From Patescibacteria group bacterium (GTDB taxonomy: Bacteria > Patescibacteriota > Patescibacteriia > UBA1558 > UBA10009): DNA of 64,000 bases. The position numbers and the translations under genes were made by a program. The stretch lies in contig JBAZSE010000001.1 in NCBI GenBank assembly GCA_041662565.1, positions 257,084 through 321,083 of the forward strand, read 5' to 3'. The notes under the pieces were generated by a model. It saw only the letters and a program-made list of their open reading frames with translations, made no database searches and was not told the DNA's origin. Below, piece by piece: positions 56,418 to 64,000 of the stretch. The first letter of the stretch is position 1. Each line of letters begins with the position of its first letter.

Positions 56418-56531
56418 AAAAGTTGGTTAGGTAATTGATTATATTTTAACCGTAATAAGCCAGGCGGTCAATGTTGTGATAGTTGTTAAGTTGATATATA
56501 ATAAAGAAAATAATCATTAATCATCAATTTT

Positions 56532-56930
56532 ATGCAGGGATATCACGGCAATGTTGAACAATTAACTTTAGCTAACGAAAATTTTAGGCAAGTATTATAT
56601 ACTGCCGAACATTCCCAATTGGTTTTAATGTCACTTAAGCCTAATGAGGAAATTGGCGAGGAAATTCACCAAGAAAATGATCAGTTTTTCCGTTTTGAAG
56701 CAGGGGAGGGCAAGGCAATAATTGACGGTAATGAATATGAATTGGTTGACGGTGATGTTATTATCGTACCGGCGGGCGCCAAACATAATATTATTAACAC
56801 CTCAGCTAGCCAATCTCTCAAACTATATACCTTATATTGCCCAGCTCACCACCGCGATGGCGTGATTCACGCCACCAAAGAGCAGGCCCAAGGAGACGAT
56901 GAAGAATTTGATGGCCAGACAACGGAATAA
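56532..56930 (+). CDS. Cupin domain protein
   Basis: FRQVLYT...QLVLMS...EIH...DQFF...VPAG-x-x-HN. Confidence 0.9.
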   Translation: MQGYHGNVEQLTLANENFRQVLYTAEHSQLVLMSLKPNEEIGEEIHQENDQFFRFEAGEGKAIIDGNEYELVDGDVIIVPAGAKHNIINTSASQSLKLYTLYCPAHHRDGVIHATKEQAQGDDEEFDGQTTE

Positions 56931-57535
56931 TGAATAAACTATTCAAAGTTAAACATCTAAACAATCAATATTATATTTTGCGCCATGGCCAAAGCAAGGC
57001 CAATGTTTTAGGTTTAATTGTTAGCCAGCCAAAAAATGCTTTAAATAAATTTGGTTTAACCCCCATTGGCCGTAAACAAGTTGTTAAATCAATAAGCCGA
57101 GTTAAACTTTTGTTAAATGATCCGATCATTTATAGTTCTGATTTTTTAAGAACCAAGCAAACCGCTCAAATTGCTCAAAAAATATTAAAAGTTAAAAAAA
57201 TAACTTTAACTCCTTTGCTTAGAGAAAGAAATTTTGGCCAACTGGAATTAACCAGCCATGTTAATTATCCCAAAGTTTGGGTTTATGATCGTCAAAGCCC
57301 GCGTTTGCACGGGCATGGCGCGGAAAGCGTGGCGGAAGTTATTAAACGATTAATAAAGTTAATCGGCCGATTGGAAAAAAAATATCAAGGCCGGAAAATT
57401 TTATTGGTCAGCCATGGCGATCCGTTAAAAATTTTACGAGGCGTTTTTAAAGGATTAAAAAATCCTTTTGTTAGGCGAATTAAAGAAATCGCCGTTGCTC
57501 AATTTATCCGTTTAAGCTTAAGCTCTAAAAATTAA
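56930..57535 (+). CDS. Histidine phosphatase family protein
   Basis: LRHG, SSD-x-x-R-x-x-QTA, LRER-x-FG and VSHGD motifs. Confidence 0.9.
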   Translation: MNKLFKVKHLNNQYYILRHGQSKANVLGLIVSQPKNALNKFGLTPIGRKQVVKSISRVKLLLNDPIIYSSDFLRTKQTAQIAQKILKVKKITLTPLLRERNFGQLELTSHVNYPKVWVYDRQSPRLHGHGAESVAEVIKRLIKLIGRLEKKYQGRKILLVSHGDPLKILRGVFKGLKNPFVRRIKEIAVAQFIRLSLSSKN

Positions 57536-57689
57536 TCTCTTTCTTAAAAACCTTACTCTGCCTTAGTAATAAAGCCCTAAAATGGGCTTTATTTTAATAT
57601 TTGTGCATAAGTATCTTGATTTTTTCCGGCTTTTCTGTATAATGATGGAATTTCAGAGGTAGAGTGATTTCTGATTATTAATATTATTT

Positions 57690-59213
57690 ATGGATTCAAC
57701 CGATAGTTTTTTAGCCCTTAAAGATAAGGTATTAAGCAAAAAGCCGATTTTAAGAGAAATTTTAGCCAAGCACGGCAGTAAGAGCTTATTTGATTATGTT
57801 AAGGGCTATATCAGCGTTAATTTAAATCCCCCGATAAAATCTCGGCAAAACGAGCTGATCGGAACAATTAAAGAAGAGGTGGGCAAGCTGTTAGGCAAGC
57901 AAGCCGGCCAAAGCGTGGCTAACCAACTAAAGCGGTATTATTACGTTTCCACCGCCGATCATCATGGGCCAATCTGCCATCCTTTCTTTTTATCATCCAA
58001 TTTAATATCTGCCGCGCCTTATTTTGAACAGGGCGATACCGTGTTAAATAACGTTATTGTTTTATCTTGCGGCAATGTTTCTTTAAATAACTCCTCTTTT
58101 CCGAGGGGTTTGATTTTTAATGCTTTAGGTAAAAACGGCTTGGCCTTGCACCAACTGCCTTTTTCTTCGGCTCAATACAGGCAATGTCCGGTTTTTAATT
58201 TTCCCAAATATACGGAAGAAAATATTACCAGCACCTTTAAATTGCTTTATGAAAAGGTGCAAAGCGGAGAGTTGACCCAAGCAGTTGCCGAAAAAGCCGT
58301 TGGCTTACTGGAAGAAATTTATTTAAAGCCGGATGTGCTGGAGGCTAATGATTATTCGGAACAGATAACCAAAACCAATTTTACTCTGTGGCAAAAATTT
58401 TTTAATGCCATGAAAATCAAGCACGCACCGAACTTGATTTATTTGGAGCAAGAAAGTTTGGTTAATCGGTTGCTGATCAACCATCATTTATTTGAAGATA
58501 CGGTTATTAGTCGGATGATTTTTGATCCTTCATTTGAAAAATTGATCTTAAAATATTTTGATAATATCCAAGGAGCTTTTTCCGTTGCCGAGGGCTGGGG
58601 TACTTATTTTTTCTGGGCTTTGCCTAAAGGCGCTAAATACCGTTTGCAACTGTTTAAGCAAGGCAATTATCTGGCTTCCGCTGATGGTTCTTATAAAGTC
58701 GCTTTAACTCCCGATGGTTTGTATCAGGCCTTGGTTAAAAAAGAACTGATCCCCAGCATGATGATGTGCTATGTCTTATTGACTTTTTATTACGGCCTTA
58801 AGTGTTTGGGCGGTTTTAGCCAGGTAAATTATTTAACTTTCATGAAAAAGGCCTATATTAAAATGCAGGCCGATAGAGGCAAGTTTAAAAGCATTGAACT
58901 GTGTGCCCGTGTTCAAACCAAAGAAATGGGCGGTGATTTTACTTTGGCATTTTTATCAGGCGGCCAGGCCGGCTTGGTGCCGGCTACGGGTTTGGATTTA
59001 TTGCTTTACGGGGATGAAAAAACTTGGCCCTGTTTGGTTAATGAATCCAAAAATATTACTTTGGAAGAAGCCATTAATCCGCTTTTGCCGGAATTTTATC
59101 GGATTATCTATCCCGAAAACATGCGCACTCCGGAATTAATGGAATTATCCTCTCAAGAAATTTCCCGTTTGACTTATTTGGAGAAAAAAATCAGCCCCTG
59201 CGTGACTTTATAA
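57690..59213 (+). CDS. Conserved-looking hypothetical protein (507 aa)
   Basis: Long ORF with native codon use; motif-like TADHHGP, NVSLNNSSFPRG and GGFSQVNY. Confidence 0.75.
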   Translation: MDSTDSFLALKDKVLSKKPILREILAKHGSKSLFDYVKGYISVNLNPPIKSRQNELIGTIKEEVGKLLGKQAGQSVANQLKRYYYVSTADHHGPICHPFFLSSNLISAAPYFEQGDTVLNNVIVLSCGNVSLNNSSFPRGLIFNALGKNGLALHQLPFSSAQYRQCPVFNFPKYTEENITSTFKLLYEKVQSGELTQAVAEKAVGLLEEIYLKPDVLEANDYSEQITKTNFTLWQKFFNAMKIKHAPNLIYLEQESLVNRLLINHHLFEDTVISRMIFDPSFEKLILKYFDNIQGAFSVAEGWGTYFFWALPKGAKYRLQLFKQGNYLASADGSYKVALTPDGLYQALVKKELIPSMMMCYVLLTFYYGLKCLGGFSQVNYLTFMKKAYIKMQADRGKFKSIELCARVQTKEMGGDFTLAFLSGGQAGLVPATGLDLLLYGDEKTWPCLVNESKNITLEEAINPLLPEFYRIIYPENMRTPELMELSSQEISRLTYLEKKISPCVTL

Positions 59214-59336
59214 TTGGCTGTTAAATGGCATATTTTTTGATTTAAGATTCGGTCAAGATTTGCCTTTTTTGTCAATCTCTGTTATTTTACAAGGTATTGT
59301 TTAAATTACTGCCAATTATTGGCTTGTTTTTCAAAT

Positions 59337-61625
59337 ATGCCTGATGATTTAATTATTGTAGAATCGCCAACCAAGGCCAAAACCATTGCCAAATTTTTAG
59401 GCAAAGGTTTTAAGGTTGAATCATCTTACGGCCATGTTAGAGATTTGCCCAAGAGTAAAATGGGCGTGGATATTGAGCATGATTTTACTCCGGCTTACAT
59501 CATTCCCACCAAGGCCAAAAAAAAGGTCAGTGAATTAAAAAAATTGGCCGCTAAAGCGAAAAATATCTATTACGCGACTGATGAGGACCGTGAAGGCGAA
59601 GCCATTTCTTGGCATTTGGATTATTTATTCGGTTCACCCAAAAACGCTTCCAGAATAGCTTTTCATGAAATTACCAAAACAGCGATCGAAAACGCTTTAG
59701 CCAACCCGCGGAGCATTAGGATTGATTTGGTTAACGCTCAGCAAGCTAGGCGCATTTTGGATCGGCTGGTGGGCTACGAGCTTTCTCCTTTATTATGGAA
59801 AAAGGTAGCCAGAGGCCTTTCGGCCGGCCGAGTGCAATCGGTTGCCGTTCGTTTGGTGGTAGAGCGCGAACGGGAAATTCTGGCTTTTAATAAAGAAGAG
59901 TATTGGACTATAGAAGCCGTTTTTTCCAAAAGTGGTTCGACTGCGCTCACCACAGGCGGACAGAATTTTTCGGCTATTTTGCACAGTTCTGAAGGTAAAA
60001 AATTGGAAAAGTTTGATTTAACAACTGCCGAACAAGCAAGTAAAATAGTTGAATCCATTAAGCGGGATAATTTTTCAGTAGAAAATATTGAACAAAAAGA
60101 GACCTTTAAAAATCCGCCAACGCCACTGACCACTTCCACCTTGCAACAACGCGCCAATCGTATGTTGGGTTTTTCGGCTAAGCAAACCATGGTCCTGGCT
60201 CAGCAATTATATGAAGGTTTGGATTTGGGTGATAAAGGTTCGGCTGGTTTGATAACTTACATGAGAACCGATTCGCTTAATTTATCGGAACAGTTTTTAA
60301 TTGATGCTCAAGAGGTGATTAAAAATAGGTTTGGTGCCGAATATGCCCAAGGCATAAAAAAATATACCGCTAAATCAAAACTGGCCCAAGAAGCCCATGA
60401 AGCCATTAGGCCGACCAATCCGGCATTTTTTCCTGAAGAAATAAAAGAATTTTTGGATCCCAGGCAATATAAATTGTACGATTTAATTTGGCGCCGAACC
60501 ATGGCTTCGCAAATGCCGCCGGCTAAAGTTTTTAATACTACCGTAGATTTAACCGACGGTGCTGATCATATTTTTAGAGCCAGCGGCTCGGTTATCACCT
60601 TTGAAGGTTTTTTGAAAGTTTTACCTCAAGCAGGAGATAAGGAGATTTTACCTTCTTTGGTTCAGGGCGATTTGGTTAAAACAGAAAGCTTGGAACCCTT
60701 ACAACATTTTACCGAACCGCCGGCTAGGTATAGTGAAGCCAGTTTAATTAAGGCCCTGGAAGAATACGGCATTGGTCGCCCTTCCACTTACGCTCCTACC
60801 ATTGCTACTATTCAAGATCGCAATTACGTTAATCTGGAAGAAAAAAAACTAAAGCCAACCGAAATCGGTTTGGTGGTTAATGATTTGCTGGTGGAAAATT
60901 TTCCTAACATCGTTGATTATTCTTTTACCGCCAGAGTGGAAGATGAGTTTGATAAAATCGCCGAAGGCGAAGAGGATTGGGTTAAAATGCTTAAAGAGTT
61001 TTACGGGCCGTTCCACGAAAATTTATTAGCAAAAGCAGAAACTGTCAGCAAAGAAAGCACCGTGGGCATGCGAGAACTGGGAGCGGATCCGGAGTCGGGC
61101 AAAATGATTTACGTGCGCATGGGCCGGTTTGGGCCGTTTGTGCAAAAGGGCGCCGGTGAAAACGATGAAAAACCCAAGTTTGCTCCTTTAAAAAAAGGAC
61201 AAAGCCAGGCGGACTTAACATTAGCCGATGCCGTGGAACTTTTTAAAATTCCCCGCGTTTTAGGCAAAACAGAAAACGGTGAAGAAGTTATAGTTAATCG
61301 CGGTCGTTTTGGCCCTTATGTTAAAATTGGTTTGCAGAATTTTTCTTTAAAAGATGAAGATCCTTATACGGTAACACTGGAAGAAGCGTTGAATGCCATT
61401 AAAGAACAGCAAGAAAAAAAAGCCAATCGCTTAATTAAAGATTGGCCCGAAGCAACGGTGCAAGTTTTAAACGGCCGGTTTGGCCCGTATATTACCGATG
61501 GCAAAAAAAATGCCAAGATTCCCAAAGAAACAGATCCCGCCAGCTTAACTTTGGAAATTTGCCAAGAACTTTTGGCTAAAGCCCCAATCAGAAGAGCTCG
61601 GTATGTGAGAAAAGGAAAAAAGTAG
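59337..61625 (+). CDS. topA: Type IA DNA topoisomerase with Topo_C repeats
   Basis: IVESPTKA, ATDEDREGE, SAGRVQS, ITYMRTD and three GRFGP[FY] repeats. Confidence 0.98.
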   Translation: MPDDLIIVESPTKAKTIAKFLGKGFKVESSYGHVRDLPKSKMGVDIEHDFTPAYIIPTKAKKKVSELKKLAAKAKNIYYATDEDREGEAISWHLDYLFGSPKNASRIAFHEITKTAIENALANPRSIRIDLVNAQQARRILDRLVGYELSPLLWKKVARGLSAGRVQSVAVRLVVEREREILAFNKEEYWTIEAVFSKSGSTALTTGGQNFSAILHSSEGKKLEKFDLTTAEQASKIVESIKRDNFSVENIEQKETFKNPPTPLTTSTLQQRANRMLGFSAKQTMVLAQQLYEGLDLGDKGSAGLITYMRTDSLNLSEQFLIDAQEVIKNRFGAEYAQGIKKYTAKSKLAQEAHEAIRPTNPAFFPEEIKEFLDPRQYKLYDLIWRRTMASQMPPAKVFNTTVDLTDGADHIFRASGSVITFEGFLKVLPQAGDKEILPSLVQGDLVKTESLEPLQHFTEPPARYSEASLIKALEEYGIGRPSTYAPTIATIQDRNYVNLEEKKLKPTEIGLVVNDLLVENFPNIVDYSFTARVEDEFDKIAEGEEDWVKMLKEFYGPFHENLLAKAETVSKESTVGMRELGADPESGKMIYVRMGRFGPFVQKGAGENDEKPKFAPLKKGQSQADLTLADAVELFKIPRVLGKTENGEEVIVNRGRFGPYVKIGLQNFSLKDEDPYTVTLEEALNAIKEQQEKKANRLIKDWPEATVQVLNGRFGPYITDGKKNAKIPKETDPASLTLEICQELLAKAPIRRARYVRKGKK

Positions 61626-61697
61626 GGCAGTTGACTTACATTAGGTTTTAATATATACTACTTTTCAATACAGTATTCCATTAATCTATATAATACT

Positions 61698-61931
61698 ATG
61701 TCTAGAGTTTGCCAGATTACCGGTCAAAAAACTTCTTCCGGCTGCACTGTCAGCCACAGCAAGCGCCAAGTAAAGCGCCAGGTTTTTTCTAATTTGCAAA
61801 GCAAAAGATTGCTTAATCCCGCTACCGGCAGGATGATGCGATTAACCGTTTCTACCAGCGCGCTTAAAACTTTGGCCAAATGGCAAAGAGCCGGCAAGAA
61901 ATACGATTTAAGCAAATTGATTAAAAACTAG
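61698..61931 (+). CDS. rpmB: 50S ribosomal protein L28
   Basis: MSRVCQITG...VSHS...NLQ...VST-x-ALKT. Confidence 0.95.
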   Translation: MSRVCQITGQKTSSGCTVSHSKRQVKRQVFSNLQSKRLLNPATGRMMRLTVSTSALKTLAKWQRAGKKYDLSKLIKN

Positions 61932-62094
61932 TTCTTTTGAAAAAAAATCATAAAATCCTCACCTTAACGGTGGGGGTTTTTGATAAAAACCCAGTAAATA
62001 CTTATCCACTTTTAAGATGCTTCATTTTTCCCTTATTTTTTGCTATAATTTATCCACAAGTCGATAAAACCTTAATAAATAACCAAAATTTACT

Positions 62095-62376
62095 ATGGCC
62101 AAAATGACCAAGTCACAAATGCTCCAAAGTTTGGCTGACAGCACCCAAATGTCCAAAAAGGACCTGTCAACAGTTTTGGAAGCATTAACCTCCTTAGTTT
62201 ATAAGGAAGTTAAAACAAATGGCGAATGCACCATTCCGGGCATTGGCAAGTTAGTCAAAAAGCATCGCAGTGCCAGACAGGGCCGCAATCCTGCCACCGG
62301 CGCAACTATTCAGATTCCTGCCAAAACCGTGGTTAAGTTCAGGGTTTCCAAGGCAGCCAAGGACGCCATTTTGTAA
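62095..62376 (+). CDS. hup: HU family DNA-binding protein
   Basis: GRNPATG-x-x-I-x-IPAK-x-VVKF motif. Confidence 0.95.
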   Translation: MAKMTKSQMLQSLADSTQMSKKDLSTVLEALTSLVYKEVKTNGECTIPGIGKLVKKHRSARQGRNPATGATIQIPAKTVVKFRVSKAAKDAIL

Positions 62377-62457
62377 TTTCGTCCAACTTTTTAAAAAACG
62401 GCGCTTGCTAAGCGCCGTTTTTTTGTTATACTGATAGTTGTAATTATCCGAACCATT

Positions 62458-63735
62458 ATGAAAAAAACTTTATTATTATCAGCTTTATTATCACTGGCTA
62501 TTTGGAGTTTATTTTCTGTAACTCCAACTAAAGCCCAAGAAGCCGCAGATGATTCGGCTGTTAACCAAACGGCTAAGCTTTATTTTTTTTACGGCGATGG
62601 CTGCCCGCATTGCGCTAAAGAGGAAGAGTTTATTAAACAGTTGTTATCCCAGGAAAATAATTTTAGCGTTGTTGCTTTTGAAGTTTGGAAAAATTCTCAA
62701 AACCGCGAGTTAATGGTAAAAGTGGGCGAGGCCCTGGGAGTTAACCCAACAGGCGTACCTTTTAATATTGTTGGTAAACAGAGTTTTACTGGTTATTTAA
62801 ATGATGAAACCAACGGCGAGCAAATCAGACAAATGCTACAATCATGTTTAGTTGAGCAATGCGAAGATGTGGTTGGCCAAATTATCGCCCAAACCGGTTT
62901 AGGCAAAGAAGATAAGAAAATTTTTAAAGAAGTTCAAAACGATCAGCCAAAAAACAATCAACCGGTTGCGGCTGGGCAGGATTTGCCTGAAACTCTAACC
63001 GTGCCGATTTTTGGGACATTGGATTTAAAAACCATTTCCTTGCCCGCCTTTACCATCATTATCGGTTTGCTGGATGGCTTTAATCCCTGCGCTATGTGGG
63101 TTTTGCTATTTTTAATTTCTTTACTGCTGGGAATGAAAAACCGTAAGCGAATGTGGATTTTAGGCGTAACTTTTATTTTAGCTTCGGCCGGGGTTTATTT
63201 TTTGGTCATGGCCGCCTGGCTTAATGTTTTGTTATTGCTCGGGTTTATTATCTGGCTAAGATACGGCATCGGTTTGGTAGCTTTGTTTAGCGGTTTTTAC
63301 CATTTAAGGAGTTTTTCTAAAAATAAAGTCGGCGAATGCGAGGTTACCGATACTCAAAAGCGCCGCCGTTTTTTTGATAAACTTAAAGAAATCACTCAAT
63401 CCAGCCATTGGCTCTTGGCTTTGGGCGGGATTATTATTTTAGCTGCTTCGGTTAATTTGGTGGAGTTGCTGTGTTCGGCCGGTTTGCCTGCGGTTTATAC
63501 CCAGGTGTTAACCATGAATAATTTATCCATGCCCGCTTATTACGGTTACATCCTGTTTTATCTGTTCTTTTTTATGTTGGATGATTTAGCCGTTTTTTTC
63601 ATTGCCATGGTAACTTTGCGCGGCGTAGGTATGTCGGGCAAATACAATCGTTGGTCTTCTTTAATTGGCGGAATTTTAATGCTCTTAATCGGCGTTTTGT
63701 TAATTTTTAAGCCCGGTTGGCTAATGTTTGGGTAA
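62458..63735 (+). CDS. Thioredoxin/glutaredoxin domain fused to a DsbD/CcdA-like membrane domain
   Basis: CPHC and GVP, then DGFNPCAM and ELLCSAG in TM segments. Confidence 0.85.
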   Translation: MKKTLLLSALLSLAIWSLFSVTPTKAQEAADDSAVNQTAKLYFFYGDGCPHCAKEEEFIKQLLSQENNFSVVAFEVWKNSQNRELMVKVGEALGVNPTGVPFNIVGKQSFTGYLNDETNGEQIRQMLQSCLVEQCEDVVGQIIAQTGLGKEDKKIFKEVQNDQPKNNQPVAAGQDLPETLTVPIFGTLDLKTISLPAFTIIIGLLDGFNPCAMWVLLFLISLLLGMKNRKRMWILGVTFILASAGVYFLVMAAWLNVLLLLGFIIWLRYGIGLVALFSGFYHLRSFSKNKVGECEVTDTQKRRRFFDKLKEITQSSHWLLALGGIIILAASVNLVELLCSAGLPAVYTQVLTMNNLSMPAYYGYILFYLFFFMLDDLAVFFIAMVTLRGVGMSGKYNRWSSLIGGILMLLIGVLLIFKPGWLMFG

Positions 63736-63768
63736 ACATTTCTTGGCTAAAAAATTTAACTACGGCGT

Positions 63769-64000
63769 TTATTTACTAATAATAACTTTTAATCTTTGAG
63801 GCAGAATTTCTGCCTCTATTTTATTAACACGAACTTCTTCTCCGTCCAGTTGGATTATTTTTCCAGCCAAACAGCTTGCTTCAATTTTAATTTGTTTGGC
63901 TTTATGCCAAAAAAGATAAGGGATGAATTTTTTATTCAGCCAGGAAAAAAAAGCGATCATAAAAAATGACCAAACCGAACTGTTTTTAGTTACCATAACT
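63769..64000 (-). CDS. 3' end of a gene truncated by the window edge (possibly the C-terminus of a diacylglycerol kinase family protein)
   Basis: Q-x-DGE...EILPQRLKVI C-terminal pattern. Confidence 0.5.
   Translation of the reverse strand, partial: VMVTKNSSVWSFFMIAFFSWLNKKFIPYLFWHKAKQIKIEASCLAGKIIQLDGEEVRVNKIEAEILPQRLKVIISK

Noticed and set aside
1-64000. Alternative genetic code (UGA=Gly, code 25)
   Set aside because: Conserved genes are full length under code 11, and TGA ends ORFs at expected positions (TrpR-like, HNH, ECF sigma).

Overview
AT-rich bacterial chromosome segment, most likely Patescibacteria/CPR (Parcubacteria-like), using genetic code 11. This assignment is inferred from gene content, the Lys-rich RpoD N-terminus and Shine-Dalgarno-poor native genes. 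The housekeeping backbone is rplO-secY, adk-map, rplU, dnaB-ybaB-recR, ppsA, dnaG-rpoD, greA, typA, topA, rpmB and HU. There are three tRNAs: Lys-UUU, Ser-GGA and an Asn-GUU split by an HNH-carrying group I intron. Each tRNA is followed by integrase-free cargo islets bounded by tRNA-3'-end hybrid sites. The cargo includes a radical SAM/SPASM RiPP cluster with a Cys/Asp-rich precursor, a HicBA-like pair, a T9SS-tailed beta-propeller protein, an MFS and a GHKL/STAS pair. The strongest candidate for a new system is a LysW (amino-group carrier protein) operon, lysW-lysX-lysY-lysZ-[Ntn hydrolase]-lysJ. It has no LysK and instead carries an EgtC/YafJ-like class II amidotransferase whose motif changes fit hydrolysis of the LysW gamma-glutamyl isopeptide. 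Also seen: a duplicated promoter+hairpin cassette driving two tiny ORFans, short palindromes inserted in frame in typA and topA, an unannotated 21-aa basic peptide gene, and recurrent leaderless promoter geometry. All calls come from reading the sequence by eye; no database searches were run.
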